A DNA stretch of 64,000 nt, from NCBI RefSeq assembly GCF_050320075.1, contig NZ_CP190018.1. The stretch is one strand, 5' to 3'. The stretch comes from Escherichia coli. Its GTDB lineage: Bacteria > Pseudomonadota > Gammaproteobacteria > Enterobacterales > Enterobacteriaceae. Both the position numbers and the translations under genes were made by a program. The notes below the pieces were generated by a model. It worked only from the letters and a program-made list of their open reading frames with translations, was not told the DNA's origin and ran no database searches. This document shows positions 40,999-53,875 of this stretch, piece by piece. Within the stretch, counting starts at the first letter, position 1. The number at the start of each line of letters is the position of its first letter.

Positions 40999-41954
40999 TG
41001 AGTAAATCACACCCACGCTGGCGCTTAGCAAAGAAGATCCTCACCTGGCTGTTTTTTATCGCGGTGATAGTGTTGCTGGTGGTCTACGCCAAAAAGGTGG
41101 ACTGGGAAGAGGTCTGGAAGGTCATCCGCGACTACAATCGCGTTGCGTTGCTCAGTGCGGTCGGGCTGGTGGTCGTCAGTTATCTGATTTACGGCTGCTA
41201 TGATCTGCTCGCCCGCTTTTACTGCGGTCACAAACTGGCGAAGCGCCAGGTGATGCTGGTGTCGTTTATCTGCTACGCCTTCAACCTGACGCTCAGTACC
41301 TGGGTCGGCGGCATTGGTATGCGCTATCGTTTGTACTCCCGGCTAGGGTTACCGGGCAGCACTATTACGCGGATTTTCTCGCTCAGTATTACCACCAACT
41401 GGCTGGGCTATATTTTACTGGCAGGGATTATCTTTACCGCAGGCGTGGTGGAGTTGCCGGATCACTGGTATGTCGATCAAACCACGCTGCGTATTCTCGG
41501 CATTGGCTTATTGATGATTATCGCGGTTTATTTGTGGTTTTGCGCTTTCGCGAAGCACCGCCATATGACCATCAAAGGACAAAAGCTGGTGCTGCCTTCA
41601 TGGAAATTTGCCCTCGCCCAGATGCTGATTTCCAGCGTTAACTGGATGGTAATGGGGGCGATTATCTGGCTGTTACTTGGTCAAAGCGTGAACTATTTCT
41701 TTGTACTGGGCGTGTTACTGGTTAGTAGTATTGCTGGCGTCATCGTGCATATTCCGGCGGGGATTGGTGTGCTGGAAGCGGTATTTATCGCGCTACTGGC
41801 TGGGGAGCATACCTCGAAAGGGAGCATTATCGCCGCCCTGCTCGCTTATCGCGTCCTGTATTACTTTATCCCGCTGCTGCTGGCGCTGATCTGTTACCTG
41901 CTACTGGAAAGCCAGGCGAAGAAGCTACGAGCGAAAAATGAAGCGGCGATGTGA
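40998..41954 (+). CDS. ybhN: Inner membrane protein YbhN
   Basis: 318-aa polytopic membrane protein; overlaps clsB stop (operon). Confidence 0.85.
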   Translation: MSKSHPRWRLAKKILTWLFFIAVIVLLVVYAKKVDWEEVWKVIRDYNRVALLSAVGLVVVSYLIYGCYDLLARFYCGHKLAKRQVMLVSFICYAFNLTLSTWVGGIGMRYRLYSRLGLPGSTITRIFSLSITTNWLGYILLAGIIFTAGVVELPDHWYVDQTTLRILGIGLLMIIAVYLWFCAFAKHRHMTIKGQKLVLPSWKFALAQMLISSVNWMVMGAIIWLLLGQSVNYFFVLGVLLVSSIAGVIVHIPAGIGVLEAVFIALLAGEHTSKGSIIAALLAYRVLYYFIPLLLALICYLLLESQAKKLRAKNEAAM

Positions 41955-41989
41955 AGTTTAGTTAAGTTCTTTAGTATGTGCATTTACGA

Positions 41990-42406
41990 CTAATGAAAAA
42001 AACGCGTATGCCTTTGCCAGACAAGCGTTATAGCTATCGCGGCAAGTATCCCAAAGAAGCCGATAAAATAGTAATAGAGTGTTAATGCACCTGTAAAAGC
42101 GCAACGAACCGGACTCCACAACTCTTCGCTATGGCATTTTCCTGCCAGTTCAAGGAGCTTATTTCGTCCATGCGAGATAATGCCTGACCATAACACTATC
42201 ATTAAGCAACTTATTACCCAAACGGGTCGTTCACTCATTAATGCGGCATCCATGATGATCACCAGGGCCAGCTCTGCGGTTGCCACCATACCCAAAGCGG
42301 TAATGAGCCATATACCGTTTAATATCCTGGCCTCGTGCTGAAAATCTAATTTATTGCTGTTTTGCGAGTATGATTCCATTCTTTTAGTTGTCCTTAGAAA
42401 AAACAT
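41990..42406 (-). CDS. Small inner-membrane protein at the ybhM position (129-138 aa)
   Basis: ORF track; 3-4 hydrophobic segments; identity with K-12 YbhM not confirmed (size differs from my recollection). Confidence 0.5.
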   Translation of the reverse strand: MFFLRTTKRMESYSQNSNKLDFQHEARILNGIWLITALGMVATAELALVIIMDAALMSERPVWVISCLMIVLWSGIISHGRNKLLELAGKCHSEELWSPVRCAFTGALTLYYYFIGFFGILAAIAITLVWQRHTRFFH

Positions 42407-42539
42407 TAATATTCACCATCAATAAATTTAAAACCACGCATACAAAATATTTTTGTATTTATGGATACGGAAAACACTTCCGCTCGGCCATAAGGCATAT
42501 TTTATACCTGGTACTTGTTAAGTGTCGTTTTTAGTAAGA

Positions 42540-42568
42540 AAAAAATCCCGACACATGGCCGGGATATT
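42540..42568 (-). terminator. Rho-independent terminator after ybhL
   Basis: On - strand: atcccggccatgtgtcgggat followed by ttttttt. Confidence 0.7.
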
Positions 42569-42583
42569 GATGGTGAAAAAGAA

Positions 42584-43288
42584 TTAACGGCGGTTGCCGA
42601 AGATCCGCAACAACATCAGGAACAAGTTGATGAAGTCCAGATACAAGGTTAACGCGCCAAGAATGGAATATTTGCGCAGGTTCGACGTGTCGCGGGTATC
42701 AATCTGCTCACCCATATTTTTCAATTTCTGAGTGTCATACGCCGTCAATCCGACAAAGACAATCACGCCGATGTAGGTAACTGCCCACATCAATGCTTCG
42801 CTTTTCAGCCAGAAGTTGACCAGCGATGCCAGCACAATGCCGATTAACGCCATAAACAGCATATTGCCAAAGCCGCTTAGATCGCGCTTCGTGGTGTAAC
42901 CGTACAGGCTCATTGCGCCAAACATCCCGGCAGTAACGACGAAAGTACTGGCGATAGAAGCAGCGGTATAGACAATGAAAATACTGGAAAGCGTAAGACC
43001 CGTCAGCGCCGAATAAAGCATAAAGAGCATCGTCGTTACACCTGCGCTCAGCTTTTGAATCATCGCTGATAACACAATAACCAATGCTAATTGCGCGATG
43101 ATCAGACCGATTAAAAAGACACGGTTAGTGAACAACAGCTCCATCACGGCCGCGGAATTAGCCGCATACCAGGCAACAAATGCGGTCAGCAACAAGCCAA
43201 CGGTCATCCAGCCATAGACTTGCGCCATATAAGTTTGCAAGCCAGCCCGGGGTTGTACAATTGAATCAGAACGTGGGAATCTGTCCAT
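42584..43288 (-). CDS. ybhL: BAX inhibitor-1 family inner membrane protein YbhL
   Basis: 234 aa from ATG 43288 (MDRFPRSDSIVQPRAGLQTYMAQVYGWM...), 7 TM. Confidence 0.85.
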   Translation of the reverse strand: MDRFPRSDSIVQPRAGLQTYMAQVYGWMTVGLLLTAFVAWYAANSAAVMELLFTNRVFLIGLIIAQLALVIVLSAMIQKLSAGVTTMLFMLYSALTGLTLSSIFIVYTAASIASTFVVTAGMFGAMSLYGYTTKRDLSGFGNMLFMALIGIVLASLVNFWLKSEALMWAVTYIGVIVFVGLTAYDTQKLKNMGEQIDTRDTSNLRKYSILGALTLYLDFINLFLMLLRIFGNRR

Positions 43289-43424
43289 GACGATCTCCTG
43301 AAGATATAAGGAATATCTTAAGGATACTGCAAAATGATGAGGCTGTGCATCGACGCAGCGTAAACGCATGTACTGAGCGGTGAAATTGCCGGACGCAGCG
43401 GTGCCTTATCCGGCTAACAAAAAA

Positions 43425-43877
43425 CTACCAGCGTTTTGCCGCCTGCTGATCGCTCTCCCGAGCTTCGACCCAGCGGTCGCCTTCCGGCGTGGCTTCGCGC
43501 TTCCAGAACGGTGCGCGGGTTTTGAGATAATCCATAATAAACTGCCCGGCTTCAAACGCACTGCTGCGATGCGCACTGGTGACACCGACAAAAACGATTT
43601 CATCGCCCGGCCATAATTCCCCGATGCGGTGAATCACCGTGACGCGCCCCAGCGGCCAGCGGTTACGCGCTTCATCGACAATTTCTGCCAGTGCTTTTTC
43701 AGTCATCCCCGGATAGTGTTCGAGGGTTAATGCTTTGACGCTGTCGCCAAGGTTATGGTTGCGCACCTTACCGGTAAAGGTGACTACCGCACCGTCTTCA
43801 TCACGCTCCGCCAGCCACGGATACTCTTCTCCTACGCTGAATGGCTGCGGGCCGACAACAATTTTGGTTTCTGCCAT
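43425..43877 (-). CDS. moaE: Molybdopterin synthase catalytic subunit MoaE
   Basis: 150-aa translation MAETKIVVGPQPFSVGEEYPWL... Confidence 0.95.
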   Translation of the reverse strand: MAETKIVVGPQPFSVGEEYPWLAERDEDGAVVTFTGKVRNHNLGDSVKALTLEHYPGMTEKALAEIVDEARNRWPLGRVTVIHRIGELWPGDEIVFVGVTSAHRSSAFEAGQFIMDYLKTRAPFWKREATPEGDRWVEARESDQQAAKRW

Positions 43878-43878
43878 C

Positions 43879-44124
43879 TTAACCTCCGGTTACCGGCGGG
43901 AAGAAAGCCACTTCGTCGCCGTCAGTCAGCGGATGGTCAAGACTCACCAGCGTCTGGTTGACGGCAGCCAGCAATTTGCCATCTTCCAGCGCCAGCGCCC
44001 AGCGATCGCTCTGCGCAGCCAGATGTTGGCGTAACGCTTCAACGGTTGGGAAATCCGCAGCCACTTCGGTTGCATCTGTTCCCACCAACTCGCGCACCTG
44101 GGCGAAAAAAAGAACTTTAATCAT
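43879..44124 (-). CDS. moaD: Molybdopterin synthase sulfur carrier MoaD
   Basis: 81 aa from ATG 44124, C-terminal GG. Confidence 0.9.
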
Positions 44125-44602
44125 CCGCTTCCACCTTAAAGTCACCCGACTTGCCGCCGCTCTTCGCCAGCAAACGTACCGGACCAATTACCATATCTTT
44201 TTGCACCGCTTTGCACATGTCATAAATGGTCAGCGCCGCCACGGAGGCCGCGGTTAACGCTTCCATTTCGACACCGGTTTTCCCGGTCAGGCGGCATAAG
44301 GTTTCTATACGTACCCGATTGTGCTCCGGCTCGGCCTGTAAATTGACTTCAACTTTGCTGAGCATCAGCGGGTGACACAGCGGGATCAGATCCCAGGTGC
44401 GTTTTGCCGCCTGAATACCGGCGATACGCGCAGTGGCAAATACGTCGCCTTTGTGGTGGCGACCATCAATAATCATCGCCAGCGTCTCGCTGCGCATGGT
44501 GACAAAGGCTTCCGCCCGCGCTTCACGCACGGTTTCCGCTTTGGCGGAGACATCCACCATGTGTGCTTCGCCAGCGGCGTTGATATGGGTCAGTTGCGAC
44601 AT
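44117..44602 (-). CDS. moaC: Cyclic pyranopterin monophosphate synthase MoaC
   Basis: 161 aa from ATG 44602. Confidence 0.9.
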
Positions 44603-44604
44603 AC

Positions 44605-45117
44605 TTATTTCTTCAAATGTGGATGGAAATTGCATGGACGTGTACGGGCATCGAGCTGCGGCGCGATGATATTTTCCCACGCGGTGCGGCACGCTTTGGT
44701 CGAACCCGGCATGGCGAAAATCAGCGTTTTGTTAGCGACGCCCGCTACCGCACGAGATTGCAACGTTGAGGTGCCAATCTCTTCAAACGACAACATCCGG
44801 AACACTTCACCAAAACCTTCAACTTCACGGTCGAACAACGGCAGCAGCGCTTCGGGAGCCTGATCACCTTCCGTCAGGCCAGTACCACCCGTAATCAATA
44901 CCACTTGTACATCGTCGCTGGCGATCCACGCAGATACCTGAGCGCGAATAGCGTAGCGGTTTTCTTTCACAATGGCTTTATCGACAACGTGATGGCCCGC
45001 TTCCTGCGCCGAATCGCGCAGATAGTGACCGGAGGTATCGTCTTCTTCACCACGACGATTAGAAACCGTAAGAATAGCAATACGGGTCGGGATAAATTCA
45101 GTGCTTACCTGACTCAT
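44605..45117 (-). CDS. moaB: Molybdenum cofactor biosynthesis protein MoaB
   Basis: 170-aa translation; synteny. Confidence 0.9.
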
Positions 45118-45138
45118 CTGATCTCTCCTTTTGACGTT

Positions 45139-46128
45139 TTAGCCGCCAATGTACGATAAGTTTTGCGTAATACCGGTGTTGTTTTGATGCAGGAAATGGG
45201 TCTGTTTCTTCTCCCGCAGCGCCGCTGAAATACGCGCTTCCAGCGCCTGTTGCTGGGTATCGTCTTCCAGCAGATCGCGCAGGTTAACGCCGCCTTCACC
45301 AAACAGGCAGAGATGGAGTTTACCAATGGAGGAAACGCGCAGGCGGTTGCAAGTGGCGCAGAAGTCTTTTTCATACGGCATGATAAGGCCAATCTCTCCG
45401 GCGTAATCCGGATGACAAAAGACTTGCGCGGGACCGTCGCTGCGTTGACGTAATTGGTGGATCCAGCCGCGACGCAGTAGCTCGTCACGCAGAACCTGAC
45501 CAGAGATGTGATGCTTACGGAAGAGCTCGCTGCCCTCACCCGTTTCCATCAATTCGATGAAACGCAGCTGGATAGGGCGATGCTGGATCCAGTTCAGAAA
45601 GGTGTCGAGCTGATGATGATTAACATCACGCATCAGCACGGTATTGACTTTGACCTTTTCAAAACCGGCCTCAAATGCGGCATCGATCCCTGCCATGACC
45701 TGGTTGAATTTATCCTGCCCGGTAATGGCATGAAACTGGTGAGCGTCAAGGCTATCAACGCTGACGTTGATGCCAGTAAGTCCAGCATCGCGCCAGTTCG
45801 CCACATCGCGTTCCAGACGGTAACCATTGGTGGTGACCGCAATCTGGCGGATAGCGTCGTTTTCCCGCACAGCGGCGATGATATCGGTAAAGTCGCGGCG
45901 TAAAGACGGCTCACCACCTGTCAGACGGACTTTTTCGGTGCCAAGACTGGCGAAGGCGCGCGTAACCCGGCGAATTTCATCGACGGTAAGAAAGCCTTTA
46001 TTGGTGACGCCGCTCGGTTTGTAGCCATCCGGCAGGCAGTAGGTGCAACGAAAGTTACACACATCGGTAATCGACAGGCGCAAGTAGTAAAACTTACGCG
46101 CAAATGCATCAGTCAGTTGTGAAGCCAT
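45139..46128 (-). CDS. moaA: GTP 3',8-cyclase MoaA (radical SAM)
   Basis: 329 aa from ATG 46128; CNFRCTYC radical-SAM cluster motif. Confidence 0.95.
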   Translation of the reverse strand: MASQLTDAFARKFYYLRLSITDVCNFRCTYCLPDGYKPSGVTNKGFLTVDEIRRVTRAFASLGTEKVRLTGGEPSLRRDFTDIIAAVRENDAIRQIAVTTNGYRLERDVANWRDAGLTGINVSVDSLDAHQFHAITGQDKFNQVMAGIDAAFEAGFEKVKVNTVLMRDVNHHQLDTFLNWIQHRPIQLRFIELMETGEGSELFRKHHISGQVLRDELLRRGWIHQLRQRSDGPAQVFCHPDYAGEIGLIMPYEKDFCATCNRLRVSSIGKLHLCLFGEGGVNLRDLLEDDTQQQALEARISAALREKKQTHFLHQNNTGITQNLSYIGG

Positions 46129-46134
46129 GTACAC

Positions 46135-46290
46135 CTTTCCAGATACGGGAGGCGAAGTCATTTCTTCCTTCGCCCTGGTGGCAATCTTTACGAGCATTGT
46201 CACGGCCAAAGCACCGTATCAGTTGACCCAGGTGCAGAGGCTAGAGTGTTTAGTGGTTAAGCCGATACTAGCGTGTAAATGAGATTTTTA
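46135..46290 (-). ncRNA. moaA leader, expected molybdenum-cofactor (Moco) riboswitch
   Basis: Placed by established knowledge that the E. coli moaABCDE leader carries the Moco RNA motif; conserved motif not verified by alignment here. Confidence 0.45.
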
Positions 46291-46464
46291 CCATCCACAC
46301 TTTCGCTATGTAATCATGTATATAGCGTCATGATCGTGCTATTTCGCTACAGAATAAGGGAAAATGGCGGTTTTACTTTGATATACATCATCAGGAAGGC
46401 ATAGCGTACATCGTCCTTTAGAGGTAGAAGAAAATAGTTTGTATCCTCAATATTGGCAGGTTAA

Positions 46465-47433
<969 letters not shown>

Positions 47434-47477
47434 TGTGGCCGAGATTGCTGACCAGGCTTCTGGTGCAATGCGACCTG

Positions 47478-47517
47478 TCCCCCTCACCCTAACCCTCTCT
47501 CCGGAGGGGCGAGGGGA
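47478..47517. repeat. GC-rich palindromic intergenic repeat (copy 2, inverted relative to copy 1)
   Basis: ccccctcaccctaaccctctctccggaggggcgagggg, reverse-complement match to 16289-16326 with a few substitutions. Confidence 0.7.
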
Positions 47518-47585
47518 CCGTTCGAGCACTTTTTTGACTTGATCGTTAATCTGAGTCGGAAGTACATTCCGGCTTTTTCATCTTG

Positions 47586-49607
47586 TCACGACGCGGCAAT
47601 AAACAGCTCACGCAGCTGATGCAACTGGTCACGAATTTGCGCCGCTTCTTCGAACTCCAGATTCTGCGCGTGTTGCATCATCAACCCTTCCAGTTCATGG
47701 ATCTTCTGCTGCAACGCTTTAGGCGACATATCCATCGGCACATTATCCGGCTCAACAATCGGGCGCGATTTTCCTCTGCCCTTCGCTTTGGTTTTGGCAA
47801 TGTTCTGCCCCAGCGCCAGGATATCGACCACTTTCTTGTTCAAGCCTTGCGGCGTAATGCCGTGTTCCTCGTTGTACTTCTGCTGTTTCTCGCGGCGACG
47901 TTCGGTTTCGCCAATCGCTTTCGCCATTGATGGGGTGATCTTATCGCCGTAGAGAATCGCTTTACCGTTAACGTTACGTGCCGCACGACCAATGGTCTGG
48001 ATCAATGAACGTTCGGAACGCAGGAAGCCTTCTTTGTCAGCGTCGAGGATCGCCACCAGCGACACTTCCGGCATATCCAGACCTTCGCGCAGTAAGTTGA
48101 TCCCTACCAATACGTCGAACTCACCCAGACGCAAGTCGCGGATAATCTCCATACGTTCGACGGTGTCGATATCTGAGTGAAGATAACGCACGCGCTCACC
48201 GTGTTCTTCGAGATATTCAGTGAGATCTTCCGCCATCCGCTTGGTCAGAGTTGTAACCAGTACGCGTTCGTTAATTGCCGCTCGCTGACGAATCTCCGAA
48301 AGAAGATCATCCACCTGTGTTGCTACCGGCCGCACTTCGATAATCGGGTCGAGTAAGCCTGTTGGACGCACCACCTGATCCACCACATCACCACCGGATT
48401 TTTCCAGCTCGTAATTACCCGGCGTCGCCGAAACATAGATGGTTTGCGGCGCTAATGCTTCGAACTCTTCAAATTTCAGCGGACGGTTATCCAGCGCTGA
48501 TGGCAGGCGGAAGCCGTACTCCACCAGAGTCTCTTTACGCGCCCGGTCACCGCGATACATGCCACCAATTTGTGGAATGGTGACGTGAGATTCGTCGACG
48601 ACCAGCAGCCCATCGGCAGGCAGGTAATCAAACAGCGTCGGCGGTGGCTCACCCGGTCCACGACCGGAGAGGAAGCGCGAGTAGTTTTCAATCCCCGAAC
48701 AGTAGCCCAGCTCGTTCATCATCTCCAGATCAAACTGGGTACGCTGGGTCAGCCGCTGCTCTTCCAGCAGTTTGTTGTTTTCCAACAGCACTTTGCGTCT
48801 GGCGGCCAGTTCTTCTTTGATCTCCTCCATCGCCTGTACGATGCGCTCACGTGGCGTGACGTAGTGCGTTTTCGGGTAGATGGTAAAACGTGGAATAGTG
48901 GAAACAATCTGCCCGGTTAGCGGGTCAAATAACGACAATCGTTCCACTTCCTCGTCAAACAGTTCCACGCGAAGTGCAATGTCATCCGATTCTGCCGGGA
49001 AGATATCTATCACCTCACCACGAACGCGGAAAGTACCGCGCTGGAATGCCTGATCATTACGAGCGTATTGCAGCTCCGCCAGTCGGCGCAGGATCGCGCG
49101 CTGATCGATAATCATGCCGACCGTGAGATGGAGCATCATCTTGAGATATAAATCAGGATCGCCCAGACCATAAATCGCGGAAACAGACGCCACCACAACC
49201 ACATCACGCCGCTCCAGCATCGCTTTGGTAGCGGACAAACGCATCTGCTCAATATGTTCGTTTACCGAGGCATCTTTCTCAATGAAGGTGTCGGAACTCG
49301 GTACATAGGCTTCCGGCTGATAGTAGTCGTAGTAGGAGACGAAATATTCCACCGCGTTTTCCGGGAAGAACTCTTTCATTTCGCCGTACAGTTGGGCCGC
49401 CAGCGTTTTGTTGGGCGCCAGTACCATGGTTGGGCGCTGAAGGTCAGCAATGACATTGGCGATGGTGAAGGTTTTCCCGGAGCCAGTTACACCGAGTAAC
49501 GTCTGGTGCGCCAGGCCATCTTCCAGCCCCTCTTCGAGACGTCGAATCGCCTCTGGCTGATCGCCAGAAGGTTTAAAAGCGGAATTCAGTTTGAACGGTT
49601 TACTCAT
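47586..49607 (-). CDS. uvrB: Excinuclease ABC subunit B UvrB
   Basis: 673 aa; GVTGSGKT Walker A; UvrB C-terminal domain. Confidence 0.95.
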
Positions 49608-49681
49608 GAGTCGCTACCTGAAGGAGTTGGGCGGGCAGGTATGTAATTTTACTCGTCGTACTTAATTATGCCAACAAATTA

Positions 49682-49701
49682 TACTGGATAAAAAAACAGT
49701 T
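49682..49701. promoter_or_regulatory. LexA (SOS) box of uvrB
   Basis: tactggataaaaaaacagtt = reverse complement AACTGTTTTTTTATCCAGTA (CTGT-N8-ACAG-like). Confidence 0.75.
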
Positions 49702-50185
49702 TCTCACCATAATATTTCTGTTACAGCGTAAACTCCGCTGTCAATCATGAGCAAAATTTACTCTGTGGCGAGATAAAACTCCGGCCTTACCGGGTTATCC
49801 CCAAAGCAACGGCTTTTTTAACATTTGTCAAGATGAGTGATGACAGTTTTATGGCAAGAGATGCCTCTTCAGTGACTGCCATTGCAATTATCTAACCAGT
49901 TAAAAAATAAAAGATATTTCTTTGAGCCGTCTTTAACGCCAATTCGCGTGCAAGCCGCGTATTCTCTCGCTTGCCTCGTGTTTTCTAACTCTAATACACA
50001 TGGTTATCCACAGGAATAGTGGATAACTGTCTGCAGCCCCTATCCCCCGCCGCCTGGGCAATTCCCACATTCACCGCATGATGCGGAGGTAAAATTTTTT
50101 TCGTGATTTTTTTAGAATTTAATTGGTTAAATTGCAGTCAATCGAAGACGCGATCTCGCTCGCAATTTAACCAAGTACAGGATGA

Positions 50186-50863
50186 CTACATTAAGGCAAG
50201 ATTGATGTACTTTCCGGTTGCCGCATTTTCTGGATTTTCTGCAAGCCAGGGAATTTCGCCCAGCAGCGGCGCGGGAATCATGCGGGTGAGCGTGGTCATA
50301 TATTCAGCGTGACGTTTTCCCGGAGGCGTGACATCGTTCGCCACCCAACCCGCCAGAGTCAGTCCGGCGTGTTGTATTGCCTGTGCCGTCAACATCGCGT
50401 GATTAATACAGCCGAGTTTCACACCAACTACCAGTATCACCGGCAGTTGTTCCTGTGTTACCCAATCCGCAAAAGTGAAAGTGTCAGAAAGCGGCGTAAA
50501 CCAGCCGCCAGCACCTTCCACTAACACCCAGTCAGCCTGTTGTTCAAGCGCGCGTAATCCGGCGCTCATTACCAATGATTCTATCGGCCTGCCCTCTTGT
50601 GCGCTGATGATGTGCGGCGAAGTGGGTTCTGCGAAGGTGTAAGGATTTACCGTTGCGTAATCCAGCTGCAGGCTGCTGTTGCGCTGTAACGCCAGCGCGT
50701 CGCTATTACGTAAGCCTTCCGGGGTCTTTTCGCTGCCAGAGGCGACCGGTTTATAACCTGCCGTCCGGTAGCCTACTGCCTTTGCGGCTTGTAAAAGTGC
50801 ACAACTGGCGACGGTTTTCCCCACTTCGGTATCCGTTCCGGTGACAAAATAACGTTTACTCAC
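50186..50863 (-). CDS. bioD: Dethiobiotin synthetase BioD
   Basis: [17 protein letters not shown]-loop; probable GTG start at 50863 (ORF track extends to TTG at 50869). Confidence 0.9.
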   Translation of the reverse strand: MSKRYFVTGTDTEVGKTVASCALLQAAKAVGYRTAGYKPVASGSEKTPEGLRNSDALALQRNSSLQLDYATVNPYTFAEPTSPHIISAQEGRPIESLVMSAGLRALEQQADWVLVEGAGGWFTPLSDTFTFADWVTQEQLPVILVVGVKLGCINHAMLTAQAIQHAGLTLAGWVANDVTPPGKRHAEYMTTLTRMIPAPLLGEIPWLAENPENAATGKYINLALM

Positions 50864-51611
50864 GAGCAATCACTCCCAAAAAAAGATGATACGTCAGAGG
50901 ATATCGCCCCTGTTTTTGTGGCCAGGCCAGTTGCAATCGCTGCAACTGCGAACGCGTTAATATCCGCGGGTCGCGCCCTTCATGAAGATGCGTGGCACCG
51001 ATGCCTTTCAGCGAACGCATGGCACTGAGCGCATCATCAAACCACAGCGTGATGGGCTGAATATGATGTTGATAATGCACGCCGTTCAGTGACTGTTCGA
51101 TTTCATCTGGCGGTAAAAAGCGATTAGCATGCGGACGCTCGTCCACCGCCTGCCACGCCTGATGCAGTTCGGGTAACGATCCCTGCACCAGCGTGGTAAA
51201 CGCGACCACGCCTCCGGGGCGCACCACCCGATACAGCTCGCGGAGTGCCGTGGATAAATTACCGCACCACTGCACCGCGAGATTGCTCCATGCAAGATCG
51301 AAGGTTGCAGTCGCTAACGGCAGGGATTCGATATCTCCCGCCAGATAATGGTCTGCGGCATCCTTCTGGCGTGCCTGAACAAGCATTGGCGGCGAGAGAT
51401 CTAACGCCGTCACCTGCGCGTGACGTTCCCGCCAATGACGGCTCATCCAGCCAGGTCCACAACCCGCATCCAGTACGTGGGTGTATTTACGCTGTGGGAG
51501 CATTGCCAGTAAGACGTCAGCACTCTGGCGCTGTAGATCCGCATGTTGCTCATAGTGCGCGGCTGCCCGACCAAATGCCGCTGCAATGGCTTGTTTATTA
51601 ACCGTTGTCAT
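50856..51611 (-). CDS. bioC: Malonyl-ACP O-methyltransferase BioC
   Basis: 251 aa from ATG 51611; SAM-MTase motif LDAGCGPG. Confidence 0.9.
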   Translation of the reverse strand: MTTVNKQAIAAAFGRAAAHYEQHADLQRQSADVLLAMLPQRKYTHVLDAGCGPGWMSRHWRERHAQVTALDLSPPMLVQARQKDAADHYLAGDIESLPLATATFDLAWSNLAVQWCGNLSTALRELYRVVRPGGVVAFTTLVQGSLPELHQAWQAVDERPHANRFLPPDEIEQSLNGVHYQHHIQPITLWFDDALSAMRSLKGIGATHLHEGRDPRILTRSQLQRLQLAWPQKQGRYPLTYHLFLGVIARE

Positions 51612-52752
51612 GCAGCACCTCCAGCAGACTATCGATATCCTGCATTTCATGCGCTGCGGTTAGCGTTAAGCGCAGTCGCGCAGTACCAGCGGGTACGGTT
51701 GGCGGGCGAATCGCCGTGACCCAGCAACCTTGCTGGCGCAGTTTTTCTGCCAGTTGTAACGCACGGCTGTTATCACCGACGATCAATGGCTGGATGGCGC
51801 TCCATGAATCAGCAAGCGTAAACGGCAAATCCTGCACTCCGGCACGAAAACGCGTAATGAGTGCCGCCAGTTTTTCGCGCCGTGCATCACCCTCATCACT
51901 GCGAATGACCGCCAGCGACGCACGTAATGCCTGCGCCTGAGCGGGCGGCATACTGGTGCTGTAGATAAGATGGCGGGCGAATTGCAGCAGATAATCCGCC
52001 ACCGTATTGGAGCAAAGCACCGCTGCCCCGCTGACGCCAAATCCTTTGCCAAAAGTCACCACCAGCAATTCTGGTTTTACCTTTTGCAGCCAGCAGCTGC
52101 CACGCCCCTGCTCCCCGATAACGCCCGTGCCGTGGGCGTCATCGACCATCAACCAGCCATCGTGCTGTTGCGTTACCTGCTGGATTTCCTCCAGTGGCGC
52201 ACTATCGCCGTCCATGCTGAACACGCCTTCTGTCACTACCAGTTGCTGCCCCGGACAGGGGGAAGCAAGCAGTCGCGCCAGATGAGTGACATCGTTATGA
52301 GCAAAACGGCGAAGCGGCGACGGGCTTAAACTTGCAGCCTCCAGCAATGAGGCATGGCTAAGCCGGTCGGCAACAATACGGTCCTCTTTCGCCATCATCG
52401 CGGTAATAACTGCCTGGTTAGCGGCAAAACCAGAGATAAACAGCAGTGCCCGCGAATAGCCCAGCCACTCGGCCAGTTCTTCTTCCAGCGCCTGATGCGC
52501 CACGCTATAACCGCTGACGTGACCGGAGCCGCCGCTACCGACGCCAAATTGCTCCGCACTCAGCTTCCAGGCACGGATAATTTGCGGATGATGGCTTAAA
52601 CCTAAATAATCGTTACTGGAAAAGTTCAGATACTGGCGATCGTCCGCCACCAGCCAGCGTCCGGCTCCTTGCGCCACTGGATAACGGCGACGCAGGGCAT
52701 CGGCAGCACGCCGCGCATCGAGCGCCGCGTTGATTTTCTCCTGCCAGCTCAT
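51598..52752 (-). CDS. bioF: 8-amino-7-oxononanoate synthase BioF
   Basis: 384-aa PLP aminotransferase class II translation. Confidence 0.9.
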   Translation of the reverse strand: MSWQEKINAALDARRAADALRRRYPVAQGAGRWLVADDRQYLNFSSNDYLGLSHHPQIIRAWKLSAEQFGVGSGGSGHVSGYSVAHQALEEELAEWLGYSRALLFISGFAANQAVITAMMAKEDRIVADRLSHASLLEAASLSPSPLRRFAHNDVTHLARLLASPCPGQQLVVTEGVFSMDGDSAPLEEIQQVTQQHDGWLMVDDAHGTGVIGEQGRGSCWLQKVKPELLVVTFGKGFGVSGAAVLCSNTVADYLLQFARHLIYSTSMPPAQAQALRASLAVIRSDEGDARREKLAALITRFRAGVQDLPFTLADSWSAIQPLIVGDNSRALQLAEKLRQQGCWVTAIRPPTVPAGTARLRLTLTAAHEMQDIDSLLEVLHDNG

Positions 52753-53789
52753 AGTGCTGCCGCGTTGTAATATTCGTCAGTGTCCGGGGTCATCAGCGCC
52801 TGCTCCAGACGCTGCTGTTGTTCGTTATCGCCCGCCAGCACGGCAGTTTGCTGCGGATTTAGCCCCAGTTTGCGGAACAGTTGCAGGTCTTTATCTTCTT
52901 CCGGATTCGGCGTGGTCAGCAGTTTGCAACCGTAGAAAATCGAGTTTGCGCCAGCCATAAAGCACATCGCCTGAGTCTGTTCGTTCATCTGCTCGCGTCC
53001 GGCAGAAAGGCGTACGTAAGAGGTCGGCATCATGATCCGCGCAACTGCAATGGTGCGAATAAAATCAAAGGCATCGACATCATCGTTATCAGCAAGCGGC
53101 GTGCCTTTCACCTTCACCAGCATGTTGATTGGTACGCTTTCCGGCGGCGTTGGCAGGTTTGCCAGTTGCAGCAATAATCCGGCGCGATCTTTTACTGTTT
53201 CGCCTAAGCCCACAATGCCGCCCGAGCAGACTTTGATCCCGGCGTCGCGCACTTTTTCCAGCGTATCGAGGCGTTCCTGATAGGTACGCGTGGTGATGAT
53301 ATTGCCGTAAAACTCCGGCGAGGTGTCGAGGTTGTGGTTGTAGTAATCCAGCCCGGCGTTCGCAAGGCGCTGCGCCTGAGATTCACTCAACGTACCCAGC
53401 GTCATACACGCCTCCAGCCCCATCGCTTTTACTCCCTGCACCATTTGTTCCAGGTAGGGCATATCGCGTTCGTGGGGATTCTTCCACGCCGCGCCCATGC
53501 AGAAGCGCGTCGATCCTGCCGCTTTCGCTTTGCGCGCCGACTCCAGCACCTGTTCAACTTCCATCAACCGCTCGGCTTCCAGCCCGGTTTTGTAGCGCGA
53601 GCTTTGCGGGCAGTATTTGCAATCTTCCGGACAAGCTCCGGTCTTAATCGACAGCAAAGTGCTGACCTGCACCTGACGTGGATCGAAATGCTGACGATGC
53701 ACCTGCTGCGCTTCAAACAGCAGATCCAGCAACGGTTTTTCAAATAATTCTGTGACTTGCGACAATGTCCAGCGTGGGCGGTGAGCCAT
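52749..53789 (-). CDS. bioB: Biotin synthase BioB (radical SAM)
   Basis: 346 aa; CPEDCKYC motif; ATG confirmed at 53787-53789. Confidence 0.95.
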   Translation of the reverse strand: MAHRPRWTLSQVTELFEKPLLDLLFEAQQVHRQHFDPRQVQVSTLLSIKTGACPEDCKYCPQSSRYKTGLEAERLMEVEQVLESARKAKAAGSTRFCMGAAWKNPHERDMPYLEQMVQGVKAMGLEACMTLGTLSESQAQRLANAGLDYYNHNLDTSPEFYGNIITTRTYQERLDTLEKVRDAGIKVCSGGIVGLGETVKDRAGLLLQLANLPTPPESVPINMLVKVKGTPLADNDDVDAFDFIRTIAVARIMMPTSYVRLSAGREQMNEQTQAMCFMAGANSIFYGCKLLTTPNPEEDKDLQLFRKLGLNPQQTAVLAGDNEQQQRLEQALMTPDTDEYYNAAAL

Positions 53790-53834
53790 AGGGCTTCTCC
53801 AAAACGTGTTTTTTGTTGTTAATTCGGTGTAGAC

Positions 53835-53869
53835 TCGTAAACCTAAATCTTTTCAATTTGGTTTACAAG
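53835..53869. promoter_or_regulatory. bio operator (BirA binding site) in the divergent bioA / bioBFCD control region
   Basis: Imperfect palindrome tcgtaaacctaaatcttttcaatttggtttacaag (gtaaacc ... ggtttac). Confidence 0.7.
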
Positions 53870-53875
53870 TCGATT

